Of a DNA stretch of 64,000 nucleotides, positions 9,986-19,728 are shown piece by piece. The DNA is from an uncultured Bacilli bacterium (GTDB taxonomy: Bacteria > Bacillota_I > Bacilli_A > RF39 > UBA660). How positions within the stretch are numbered: position 1 is the stretch's first letter; every line of letters starts with the position of its first letter. The stretch covers positions 359,732-423,731 of the forward strand of contig CAKPKR010000001.1 in assembly GCA_934167465.1 (NCBI GenBank), in the 5' to 3' direction. The notes beneath the pieces were generated by a model, which saw nothing but the letters and a program-made list of their open reading frames with translations, ran no database searches and was not told the DNA's origin. The position numbers and the translations under genes were made by a program.

Positions 9986-10243
9986 ATGGAATATGATATT
10001 AATAAATTAGTAGAAGAAATAGATTTTGAAAAGAATATGCATAAGAGTATAAATAATATGTTATTAACTGAAAATCAAATAGATGTTTTAAATCGATATA
10101 ATATTGATTATAATAAGTGTAATTCAATGAGTGAATTATTATATTATATTGATGAGTGTTTAAATGAGATAGATGCTGAAGATTTAGAAAAAGTTTCTTT
10201 AGAAATAGCTGAAACAAATTATTATATGAATACAAATAAGTAG
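9986..10243 (+). CDS. Hypothetical small acidic protein
   Basis: AGGTGA ribosome-binding site before the ATG at 9986. Confidence 0.4.
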   Translation: MEYDINKLVEEIDFEKNMHKSINNMLLTENQIDVLNRYNIDYNKCNSMSELLYYIDECLNEIDAEDLEKVSLEIAETNYYMNTNK

Positions 10244-10251
10244 GTGATAAA

Positions 10252-12480
10252 ATGTTTAAAAATTATGATACAATTATATGTCCTGATAATATTAAGAAAC
10301 AAATATTAGAACAAATAAGTAACGAAAAAAAGATAATTAACTTGAAGTTTTATACTTTAAATGAATTTAAAAAAGCTTATTTTGGAACGTATAAAGTTGA
10401 AGCAATTTACTATTTAATGAAAAAATATAATTACAAGTATGATGTTGCTTTAACACATTTAGATAATTATTATTTTGATTCTGAATTAAAAGAAGAACTA
10501 GAGGAAAATGAGTTAATTATAAAAGAAAAAATTAATATTAATAAAATAATTATAATTGGATACAATAAGATTGATAAAAATCTATTAGATGAAATAACAA
10601 AATATGATTATGAAATAATTGAGGAAAAAGAACAAAATTACAAAAATAAAGTTTATGAATTTAATACAATGGAAGAAGAAATAAATTTTATTATAAAAAA
10701 AATTATTGATTTACAGAAAACAATTGATTTAAATGATATATGTTTAGTAAATGTAGGTAGTGAATATATTAATGATATAGAAAGACTATTTAAATTTAAT
10801 AATATTCCAATTAATTTAAATATTAAAAAAAGTATTTATGGTACTACAGTTGTGAAGAATTTTTTAAAAAATCTTAAAGAAAATAAAGAAATAATATTAG
10901 AAAATGATGAAATCAGTAAATTAATTGTCAAAATTGTAAATAAATATGCATTTAGAAAAATCGATGATACTATTATAGAATGCATTGAAGCTGAAATAAA
11001 AAAAACATATTTAAAAAACGCGATTTTAGATTGCGCTATTAATTTAGTTTCTATTGATGAAATTGATGATTCAAAATATTATTTTGTTTTAGGATTTAAT
11101 GAAGGAATCTTACCAAAACCATATATAGATGAAGATTATTATAGTGATAAATTAAAAGAAAAAATGGGAATTTTAACTTCCGTAGAAAAAAATATTTTGG
11201 ATAAAAAATTAGTTATTAATAAAATAAGTAGAAAAAATGTAATTTTATCATGTAGATTGAAAGATGGAATTAAAGATTTATATCCATCAAGTATTATTGA
11301 AGAATTAAATTTAGAAGTCATAAAAGAAAAGTTTTCAAATTATAACTCTAATTTATATAATAAATTAGTTTTGGGTAAAAAATTGGATAATTTAATTAAA
11401 TATAATGAAGTAGATGACGAACTAAATTTATTATATTCAAATTATATAGATATTAATTATTTGACATATAGTAATAAGTTTACTGGTATAAATAATAATT
11501 TATTCAATAAATTTATTAATAATAAATTACTTTTATCTTATTCTTCAATTGATGATTATAATAAATGTGGTTTTAGATATTACATAAGCAATATTTTAAA
11601 ACTAGATGAGTATAATGAAACATTTATTGCGTATATCGGAAATTTATTTCATTATATTTTATCAATTTATAATAATGATAATTTTGATTTTGAACTAGAA
11701 TTTAATAAATTTATTAACAATAAGGAATTAAATAATAAAGAAAAGTTTTTTATTAAAAAGTTAAAAAAAGATTTGATTTTTATAATAAACGTATTAAAAC
11801 AATATGAAGAATATAGTGAACTTAACAAATCTTTATATGAAGAAAAAATATATGTTAATAAAGATGCTAATATAAAAGTTACTTTTATGGGTGTTGTTGA
11901 TAGGATAATGTATAAAGAAGAAAATAATAAAACTTATATTGCTATTATCGATTATAAGACTGGTAATCCAGATATTAATTTAGATTATTCTATATATGGA
12001 TTAAATATGCAATTACCAATATATTTATATTTAATTAAAAATTCAAAAATTAAAAATCCAGAATTTATTGGGTTTTATTTAGATAAGTTAATTCATAATA
12101 AACCTAAATATAATGAAGATATATTAAAAAAATATAAGTTAGAGGGATATACTATTGATAATGAAAATTTAATTAGCATTTTTGATAAGACTTATATGGA
12201 TAGTAAAATGATAAAAAATATGAAAATAACTAGTAATGGTTTTTCTAGTTATGCTAAAACAATAAGTAAAAATCAAATTGATAAATTAATTGAATTAGTT
12301 GATAAAAAAATAGATGAAGCAAGAGATAATATATTATCATGTAATTTTAAAATAAATCCTAAAAGAATTGATAATGAATTAGTAGGGTGTAAATATTGTA
12401 AATATAAAGATGTTTGTTTTATGAAAGAAGAAGATATAGTTGATTTAAAGAAAATTAAATTTGAAGATTTCTCATTCTAA
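10252..12480 (+). CDS. addB: AddB/RexB-type helicase-nuclease subunit B: C-terminal PD-(D/E)xK nuclease with Fe-S cysteines
   Basis: C-terminal IDYKTG nuclease motif and a CxxC...C cysteine cluster (CNF...CKYCKYKDVCF). Sits immediately upstream of addA. Confidence 0.7.
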   Translation: MFKNYDTIICPDNIKKQILEQISNEKKIINLKFYTLNEFKKAYFGTYKVEAIYYLMKKYNYKYDVALTHLDNYYFDSELKEELEENELIIKEKININKIIIIGYNKIDKNLLDEITKYDYEIIEEKEQNYKNKVYEFNTMEEEINFIIKKIIDLQKTIDLNDICLVNVGSEYINDIERLFKFNNIPINLNIKKSIYGTTVVKNFLKNLKENKEIILENDEISKLIVKIVNKYAFRKIDDTIIECIEAEIKKTYLKNAILDCAINLVSIDEIDDSKYYFVLGFNEGILPKPYIDEDYYSDKLKEKMGILTSVEKNILDKKLVINKISRKNVILSCRLKDGIKDLYPSSIIEELNLEVIKEKFSNYNSNLYNKLVLGKKLDNLIKYNEVDDELNLLYSNYIDINYLTYSNKFTGINNNLFNKFINNKLLLSYSSIDDYNKCGFRYYISNILKLDEYNETFIAYIGNLFHYILSIYNNDNFDFELEFNKFINNKELNNKEKFFIKKLKKDLIFIINVLKQYEEYSELNKSLYEEKIYVNKDANIKVTFMGVVDRIMYKEENNKTYIAIIDYKTGNPDINLDYSIYGLNMQLPIYLYLIKNSKIKNPEFIGFYLDKLIHNKPKYNEDILKKYKLEGYTIDNENLISIFDKTYMDSKMIKNMKITSNGFSSYAKTISKNQIDKLIELVDKKIDEARDNILSCNFKINPKRIDNELVGCKYCKYKDVCFMKEEDIVDLKKIKFEDFSF

Positions 12481-12500
12481 AAAGTATTAGGAGGTTATTT

Positions 12501-12953
12501 ATGAAAAAAATAGAAGCAGAGATTGTTGCCCCACAAAAGGTTAATATTATTATGGAATATGTTAATAATATACTTGAAAATTCCAATAAAGTTTCAGCAC
12601 AAATGAATTTTGATTCAGTAAAAATTGATGGACAATGTATGTGTGTATTAGATATATATATGGTGAACCATGAACAACATTTAAATCTTGGAATACCAAG
12701 TCAATTTGCTGATATAATCTTTAAAGAATTACTTAATAGAGTTTTAAATGATGTATTACCATCCGAGTCTATGGGAGCTACAAAATTTTATCATTTTAGA
12801 AGTAACGATAATTCATTTGATGGTATCAATATTATGAATGAAATAGGCAGTGAAATAAGATTAAATATGTATGGAATAAACCAAAATATATCTGATGAAT
12901 ATAATCAAAAATATGAAGAATATAGAAATAGTTTAAAAAATAAAATAAGATAA
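12501..12953 (+). CDS. Hypothetical 150-aa protein inserted between addB and addA
   Basis: AGGAGG ribosome-binding site. No recognisable motifs. Confidence 0.45.
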   Translation: MKKIEAEIVAPQKVNIIMEYVNNILENSNKVSAQMNFDSVKIDGQCMCVLDIYMVNHEQHLNLGIPSQFADIIFKELLNRVLNDVLPSESMGATKFYHFRSNDNSFDGINIMNEIGSEIRLNMYGINQNISDEYNQKYEEYRNSLKNKIR

Positions 12954-13001
12954 AATGTTTTTACAAAGTAGATTAAATCTACTTTTTTTAGTATAATTAT
13001 T

Positions 13002-16000
13002 ATGGGTGGTAATATGCCAAATTGGACTAAAGAGCAGATGGCTGCTATTACATTAGATGGCAGTAATATTATAGTAAGTGCTGGAGCAGGAAGTGGTAAA
13101 ACTGCTGTTTTATCAGAGAGAGTATTAAGAAAAGTTAAAGATGGAGTTGATATTGATAAACTTCTTGTTTTAACATTTACAAATGCTGCAGCAGCTGAGA
13201 TGAAAGAAAGAATTAGAAAAAAACTAAAAGAAAATGATTTTAAAAATCAATTGACTAAATTAGATAGTGCCTATATTACTACATTTGATGCCTATTCATT
13301 AAGTTTAGTAAAAAAATATCATTACTTATTAAATATAAATAAAAATATATCAATTTGTGAGAAAAGTATAATAGATATAAAAAAACAAGAAATAGTTGAT
13401 AGTGTATTTGAAAAGCTTTATACAAATGATCAATTTAAAGTATTAATAGATGATTTTTGTGTTAAAGATGATTTAGATATAAGAAAAGAAGTTTTAACAA
13501 TTAATAATAAATTAGATATGATTTATGATAAAGAAAAGTATCTTGATGAGTATATAGACACTAAATTTAGTGAAAAATTTATTAATGGAAAAATAGAAGA
13601 GTATGTTGATTTAATTAAAAATAAAATAGCACTTATAAATAAATATTATATTGAATTAGAAGAATATGTTGATAATGATTATTATGAAAAAATAACTAAT
13701 GAGTTAAATGAACTTTTACTTGCTAAATCATATAAAGATATTATATGTCCTTTAAAATTATCAAATTTACCAAGAAATAGTGAAGAAAAAGCTAAACAAA
13801 TAAAAACCAATATTACATCATTACTTAAGGAAATAAAGGAATTAACTATTTATAATGATGAAAAAGAGATAAGAGAAGAAATTTTAAAAACTAAGAAATA
13901 TGTTGTGATAATAATTGATATAATTAAAGAGATTGATAAAAAAATTAATCTATACAAAAAAACAAATGATTTATATGAATTTGTTGATATAGCTAAGATG
14001 GCAATTAGACTTGTTGAACAAAATAAATTTGTAAGAGATGAATTAGAATATAACGAGATATTAATTGATGAATATCAAGATACAAATGATTTACAAGATT
14101 TATTTGTATCTTATATAGAAAATAATAATGTATATATGGTTGGAGATATTAAACAATCCATATATCGTTTTAGAAATGCTAATCCTAATTTGTTTAAAAG
14201 TAAATATAAAAATTACAGTAGTAATAATGGTGGAATTAAAATTGATTTGAATAAAAATTTTCGTTCAAGAGAAGAGGTTTTAAATAATATTAATTTAATA
14301 TTTAATCAAATTATGGATGATACTATTGGTGGTGCGGATTACAAAAAGGAACATCAAATGATTTATGGAAATATGGATTATTCCAATATTGGTAAAAAAG
14401 AAGAAAATTCTAATATGGAAGTACTTAGTTATGATAAATTGGATAATTATAAAATAAATGAATTAGAAATATTTATTATTGCGAATGATATTAAAAACAA
14501 AATGAATGATTATCAGGTTTTTGATAAAAAATTAAGAAAAATTAAATATAGTGATATTGCTATTCTAATGGATAGATCAACTGATTTTAGTTTATATAAA
14601 AAAATATTCGAATATTTGGGAATTCCCCTAACTGTATATAAAAAAGAAAAAATTAATGATAGTGATGAATTAAAATTAATTAAAAATATTATTACATTTT
14701 TAATTACAGCTGATGGGAACTTAAAAAATTATGCTTTCATGTCTATTTTGAGAAGTTATTTATTTGAAGAAAAAGATGAAAAAATATTTGAATGTTTAGT
14801 TAATAAAGATTATAGTCTACTAAAAGATTATTTAATTGATTATAAACTGAAAACTCCGTATGAATTAACTAGTTATATTATAGATAAGTTTGAATTTTAT
14901 CAAAAAATGATAAAAGTTGGTGATATTCAAAATAGGATGTCAGTATTAGATCATTTACTTAAATTATCGCTTGATTTGACGAATATGGGATATGACATTT
15001 ATGATTATTTAGATTATCTTGAAAAAGTTATTAATGAAGGAATAGAGATTGAATATAGTGTTCCTACAAAAGATAGTGATAGTGTTAAAATAATGACTAT
15101 TCATGCTTCAAAGGGCTTGGAATTTCCTGTTTGTTATTATAGTGGGTTGACTTCTAAATTTAATGTTAGTGAATTAAAAGAAAAGATTTCTTATGATAAA
15201 AGTATTGGAATTATTACACCTATAGTTGAGAATGGCATTAAAGACACAATTTACAAGGAATTATTAAAGAATAATTATTATATGGAGGAAATAGCTGAAA
15301 AGATAAGATTATTTTATGTTGCTTTAACAAGGTCAAAAGAAAAAATGATAGTTGTATTGCCTAACAAGGAAATAGAAAATAATGAATTAGATAATAGTGT
15401 TAAGTTAAGTTATCGTTCATTAGGAGATATGTTATATTCTATTTTTTCAACTTTAGGTACATACATTAGATTAATTGATTTAAATAATATTAATTTAAGT
15501 CATAATTATAACTTAATTAAAAAAACAAATTATAGAAACAAAATTAGTATTACGAATCAAAAAATAGTTAAAACAACTTTAGATATAGAAAGTAATTTTA
15601 AAGAGGAGAAGCATTTTTCAAAAGAAAATTATAAAGTTTATGATATTGATGAATATAACAATATAGAGTTTGGTAAACATATTCATAGTGTGTTTGAAAA
15701 CATCGATTTCTTAAATCCGGATTTTTCTAATTTATCAGATTTTGAAAAGAGAAAAGTTCAAAAATTTATGAAAAATATAGATTTTAAGAAGGTTATTAAT
15801 ATTTATAAAGAATATGAATTTATTTATAACAAAGATGATATTTCGCATGGAATTATTGATTTATTACTTGAGTATGATGATGAATTTAAAATAATTGACT
15901 ATAAATTGAAAAATATTATCGACGATGCTTATATCAAACAATTAAATGGATATAAAGAATATATAAAGGAAATTACTAATAAAAAGGTTTCAACTTATTT

Positions 16001-16037
16001 ATATTCAATTATTGATGATAAATTAGTCATTGTCTAA
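13002..16037 (+). CDS. addA: AddA/RexA-type UvrD-like helicase-nuclease subunit A
   Basis: N-terminal UvrD Walker A (SAGAGSGKT), helicase motifs and a C-terminal PD-(D/E)xK motif (IIDYKL). Confidence 0.85.
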   Translation: MGGNMPNWTKEQMAAITLDGSNIIVSAGAGSGKTAVLSERVLRKVKDGVDIDKLLVLTFTNAAAAEMKERIRKKLKENDFKNQLTKLDSAYITTFDAYSLSLVKKYHYLLNINKNISICEKSIIDIKKQEIVDSVFEKLYTNDQFKVLIDDFCVKDDLDIRKEVLTINNKLDMIYDKEKYLDEYIDTKFSEKFINGKIEEYVDLIKNKIALINKYYIELEEYVDNDYYEKITNELNELLLAKSYKDIICPLKLSNLPRNSEEKAKQIKTNITSLLKEIKELTIYNDEKEIREEILKTKKYVVIIIDIIKEIDKKINLYKKTNDLYEFVDIAKMAIRLVEQNKFVRDELEYNEILIDEYQDTNDLQDLFVSYIENNNVYMVGDIKQSIYRFRNANPNLFKSKYKNYSSNNGGIKIDLNKNFRSREEVLNNINLIFNQIMDDTIGGADYKKEHQMIYGNMDYSNIGKKEENSNMEVLSYDKLDNYKINELEIFIIANDIKNKMNDYQVFDKKLRKIKYSDIAILMDRSTDFSLYKKIFEYLGIPLTVYKKEKINDSDELKLIKNIITFLITADGNLKNYAFMSILRSYLFEEKDEKIFECLVNKDYSLLKDYLIDYKLKTPYELTSYIIDKFEFYQKMIKVGDIQNRMSVLDHLLKLSLDLTNMGYDIYDYLDYLEKVINEGIEIEYSVPTKDSDSVKIMTIHASKGLEFPVCYYSGLTSKFNVSELKEKISYDKSIGIITPIVENGIKDTIYKELLKNNYYMEEIAEKIRLFYVALTRSKEKMIVVLPNKEIENNELDNSVKLSYRSLGDMLYSIFSTLGTYIRLIDLNNINLSHNYNLIKKTNYRNKISITNQKIVKTTLDIESNFKEEKHFSKENYKVYDIDEYNNIEFGKHIHSVFENIDFLNPDFSNLSDFEKRKVQKFMKNIDFKKVINIYKEYEFIYNKDDISHGIIDLLLEYDDEFKIIDYKLKNIIDDAYIKQLNGYKEYIKEITNKKVSTYLYSIIDDKLVIV

Positions 16038-16108
16038 AAATGTCAATAAATTAGATTTCTATTGATTTAATGTAAATTATGTATTATTATTGTATTAGGA
16101 GGTTAAAT

Positions 16109-17167
16109 ATGAGGTATTTAAATTTAGATAAAGTTAAAACAGGCTCTAAATTAGGTAAAGATATTATATATAATGGAAGTCAAGTTCTTTTAAAAAGTGG
16201 TGCAATATTATCAGATAATATAATTTTAAAATTAAAAGAAAAAGGTTTTACATATGTATATATTGATGATAAATTAACGAGTGATATCGAAATAGATGAG
16301 GTAATTCCTCAATCAATTAAAAATTCTTTAGCAATTGCTTTAAATAATGTGGATATTGATAAAACCGTTGATATAGCAAGAGAAATGACTGAAAAAATAT
16401 ATGAATCAAGAAATATTGCTATTGAGAATTATGATCCAATGTTTAAAGATGAATATCAACATTCATTGCTAGTAGCTGATCTTTCGGTTATGTTGGGAAA
16501 AGCAATTGGTTATAATGAGTCTAAATTGAGTGATTTAGCTTCTGCTTCATTATTGCATGATATTGGAAAAACTTGTGTAGATAAAAAAGAAATGGAAGAA
16601 TATGGTATAGATAGATTACTAAAAAAACTTGGTATAAGTTGTACAATGGATAAGTATTGTGATTCAATACATTCATTTTTAGGGTATAGTATTTTGAATA
16701 AAAATGTCACTATTAGTGCAGTTATAAAACAAGCTGTTCTATTTCACCATGAAAATGTTGATGGAACAGGTGAATTAGGTGTTCCAGGTGAAAAAATATG
16801 CGAATTTGCTAAAATAATTCATATCACTAATGATTTTTCAAGAATGATTACAAATCCTGAAAAATATAATGTTAGTAATACTAATGAAGTAATTGAATAT
16901 TTTGAATCTAATGCAGGTACAAAATATGATTTAAATCTAGTTAAATTATTTTTAAATAAAATTCCTTTTTATCCACCGGGTATGACAGTTGAGCTTTCTA
17001 ATTGTATGAATGCAATTGTTGCTGAAAATAATGTTAATTTTCCATCTCGACCTAAAATTTTATTAGAAGATGGTGTTAAAATTGATTTGATGGATATTAG
17101 GTTTCAATCTTTAACGATTGTAGGTATTAATTTAGAAAATAAAAATTCTATTCATAAACAGTTATAA
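16109..17167 (+). CDS. HD-GYP domain phosphohydrolase
   Basis: LLHDIGK (HD) and HHENVDGTG (HHExxDGxGYP-like) motifs. AGGAGGT ribosome-binding site. Confidence 0.7.
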   Translation: MRYLNLDKVKTGSKLGKDIIYNGSQVLLKSGAILSDNIILKLKEKGFTYVYIDDKLTSDIEIDEVIPQSIKNSLAIALNNVDIDKTVDIAREMTEKIYESRNIAIENYDPMFKDEYQHSLLVADLSVMLGKAIGYNESKLSDLASASLLHDIGKTCVDKKEMEEYGIDRLLKKLGISCTMDKYCDSIHSFLGYSILNKNVTISAVIKQAVLFHHENVDGTGELGVPGEKICEFAKIIHITNDFSRMITNPEKYNVSNTNEVIEYFESNAGTKYDLNLVKLFLNKIPFYPPGMTVELSNCMNAIVAENNVNFPSRPKILLEDGVKIDLMDIRFQSLTIVGINLENKNSIHKQL

Positions 17168-17212
17168 AGATACATTTGTATCTTTTTTTCATATATTAAT
17201 ATAGGTGATAAT

Positions 17213-17641
17213 ATGTCAATTGTAAAACATACTACAGCAGAACGTGATTTACTAGCAAGATTAATGCGTGCTGAAGCTATAGGAGAAGGTAATTTAGGTA
17301 TGTTGATGGTTGGTAATGTTGGTGTTAACAGGACTATTGCTGATTGTTTAACTTTTAAGGATATTAGAAGTATTGAAGATATGATTTATCAAAATCCAGG
17401 TGGTTTTTCAGGAAAAGATAGTCCTTTATTTTTTAGTAATCCAACAACCGCAGAAAGAAATCTAGCTGATAGAGTACTTAATGGAGAATATTATTTTCCG
17501 GCAACTAATGCTTTATGGTTTTATGCGCCTAAAAAAGGTACTAGTTGTACTGCTACATGGTGGGGTCAGGAACTGTCTGGTAGATATAAAAATCATTGTT
17601 TTTATAAACCTAAGTCTGGTGCATGCAAAGAAGTATATTAA
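17213..17641 (+). CDS. SleB/CwlJ-like cell-wall hydrolase (Hydrolase_2 domain)
   Basis: ERDLLARLMRAEAIGEG...GNVGVNR resembles the SleB catalytic domain. Preceded by a conserved CATATATTAATATAGGTGAT motif. Confidence 0.6.
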   Translation: MSIVKHTTAERDLLARLMRAEAIGEGNLGMLMVGNVGVNRTIADCLTFKDIRSIEDMIYQNPGGFSGKDSPLFFSNPTTAERNLADRVLNGEYYFPATNALWFYAPKKGTSCTATWWGQELSGRYKNHCFYKPKSGACKEVY

Positions 17642-17667
17642 AACAAGAAGAGTTAATGCTTCTTGTT

Positions 17668-18600
17668 TTATATTTTTAATACTTGACCTATACTAAGTGT
17701 ATTAGATGTTAAATTGTTTTTTGCTTTGATTTCATTTACTGTTGTATTAAATTTTTTTGCAATACTATATAAACTGTCACCTTTTTGTACTGTATATGTG
17801 TTTGAACTAGTTATTGGTATTTTTAATATTTGACCAATAGATAATAAGTTAGATGATAGGTTATTTAATTTCATTATTTCGTTTTGGGTTGTATCATATT
17901 TTCTTGCAATGGCGTATAAATTATCACCTTTAACTACTGTATAAGTTGTATAATTATTGGTTGGTTGTGGTGTTATTTTTGCGGGTATTTTTAATACTTG
18001 ACCTACGGATAATAGATTTGAAGATAAGTTGTTTAATTTTTTTATTTCATCTACTGTTGTATTGTATTTATTAGCTATTTTATATAGACTATCTCCGCTT
18101 TTTACAATATATGTAGTTACACCTGATGGAGTAGGGGTTTCTGTTGTCTGTTGCGTAGGCAAAATGAGAATTTGACCTATGCTAAGAGCATTAGAGGTTA
18201 GGTTATTTATGTTTTTTAGTGTGTTTACATTTGTGTTGAATTTTTTAGCTATACTCCATAGGCTATCGCCTTTTTGGACGGTATAATAATTGTTTCCGAC
18301 TTTTTTTCCGGTATATTCGGCTACGGCATTAACTACGGCTTGAGCTAATTTCTCATAGTCATTTTTTAATTGATTTACATCATCAGCAGTACTATCAAGG
18401 AATCCATATTCGACTATTACTGGTTGTGTTTTTCCGGTATTTCTATGGATAAAATAATAATCTTTTGATGTATCTGATGGTAGTCTTCTTTGATATGCTT
18501 TTCTAACATTTTGACCAGCTGCTTCTAAACTGTTTAAAATTAAGTTTGCTAGAGTGTTGTTATTTCTTAATGCGTAAATTACTTCAGCACCATCGGCACC
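17668..18600 (-). CDS. 3' half of a split N-acetylmuramoyl-L-alanine amidase gene: C-terminal part of Amidase_3 plus three LysM repeats. It is interrupted at 18600/18601 by the integrated element
   Basis: The reverse-strand translation reads GADGAEVIYALRNN...VEYGFLDS... then three LysM units. There is no start codon, and an in-frame TGA sits immediately upstream at the element junction. Confidence 0.75.
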   Translation of the reverse strand, partial: GADGAEVIYALRNNNTLANLILNSLEAAGQNVRKAYQRRLPSDTSKDYYFIHRNTGKTQPVIVEYGFLDSTADDVNQLKNDYEKLAQAVVNAVAEYTGKKVGNNYYTVQKGDSLWSIAKKFNTNVNTLKNINNLTSNALSIGQILILPTQQTTETPTPSGVTTYIVKSGDSLYKIANKYNTTVDEIKKLNNLSSNLLSVGQVLKIPAKITPQPTNNYTTYTVVKGDNLYAIARKYDTTQNEIMKLNNLSSNLLSIGQILKIPITSSNTYTVQKGDSLYSIAKKFNTTVNEIKAKNNLTSNTLSIGQVLKI

Positions 18601-18621
18601 TCATGACGGCTCTAGTGGTTA

Positions 18622-18834
18622 TTAATTGTTATTATTAACCTTATTTTGTTGCTCCATAGCTTGCATCATTTGATATTTAGCAAGTATAGCACTTTTATTT
18701 TGTTCATGTTGAAGTTCTGCAGATAGTTTTAATAATTCCTTTGTAAAATCATTGAAGTTCCTACAATTATCAATCATTTTCTTTGTTAACTCTTTCCAGT
18801 TATTATCAATATTTATTGCTTGTTCTACTGTCAT
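18622..18834 (-). CDS. Hypothetical 70-aa coiled-coil protein at the left end of the element. Excisionase or directionality factor is a possibility
   Basis: Small ORF adjacent to attL and in the same orientation as the recombinase. Confidence 0.35.
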   Translation of the reverse strand: MTVEQAINIDNNWKELTKKMIDNCRNFNDFTKELLKLSAELQHEQNKSAILAKYQMMQAMEQQNKVNNNN

Positions 18835-18927
18835 GTCTATCTCTCCTTTCCTTATTTAATTATTATAAAACATTTCAATTATTAAATATTGCCAAATTTC
18901 TGCCATTTTTTTGTAATATTTTCGTAA

Positions 18928-19695
18928 TTATTTTAGTTCAACTTTTTCAAAAGTTTTAGATACAGTATATACATTTTTATTACCTACTTTTTCCTGTCTT
19001 CCTTTATATATTGTCAAATTATTACCTTTTATATTACAATCTAAAGTAATGTAATAATCATTATTTGAATATACTACAACTTTATCATTTCCTATAATAT
19101 TATAATTCCTAATTAGTTTTAATTGTGAATAAGTTCTACCACCATATAATAGTAATAACAAAATTATTAAAAATGGTAATGCTTTAAAATAGTTCTTAAT
19201 TTTAGCTTTTGCCTCATCATTATCTGTGATTTCATCTTTTTTAAAAAAGAAATATGAATAAATAAATTCTATTATGAGCAAGGCTATATTAAATATTGTA
19301 AAGCTAAAACAATCAACAAATTTAAAATAGACAACACTTAATATTATATTATAAAAGATTATTGTTAGTAATTCGCTGATTATTTTTCGATTCACTTTTT
19401 CTTTAAACTTTTTAGCTAAACTATTTGTACTAAATAAAATAGATAAAAATGCAACTAAAAATATAATTGACAAACATAATGAATAAATAAACCCTTGATC
19501 ATTAAATCTATATAATCCAATATTCAAGCCATAATACGAAAAATAATAACTAGCTGTGATATACTCAAAAAATCTTAAGATATATAATATTACAATACAT
19601 AAAGCCGAGCCGCATGCAATAAATAATTTATAATATTTATTAATTACTTCGATTGGTTTTTCAATTAATAATTCATCTTTATTAGTCTTTTTCAT
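18928..19695 (-). CDS. Hypothetical multi-pass membrane protein (255 aa)
   Basis: 5-6 hydrophobic helices and no conserved motifs. Confidence 0.45.
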   Translation of the reverse strand: MKKTNKDELLIEKPIEVINKYYKLFIACGSALCIVILYILRFFEYITASYYFSYYGLNIGLYRFNDQGFIYSLCLSIIFLVAFLSILFSTNSLAKKFKEKVNRKIISELLTIIFYNIILSVVYFKFVDCFSFTIFNIALLIIEFIYSYFFFKKDEITDNDEAKAKIKNYFKALPFLIILLLLLYGGRTYSQLKLIRNYNIIGNDKVVVYSNNDYYITLDCNIKGNNLTIYKGRQEKVGNKNVYTVSKTFEKVELK

Positions 19696-19728
19696 AAAAA
19701 TCCCCCTATCTAAAGTGTTTGCTATATA

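Noticed and set aside
17481-17696. 71-aa + strand ORF overlapping the SleB-like gene end and LysM gene end
   Set aside because: Overlaps two better-supported genes in another frame. No ribosome-binding site.
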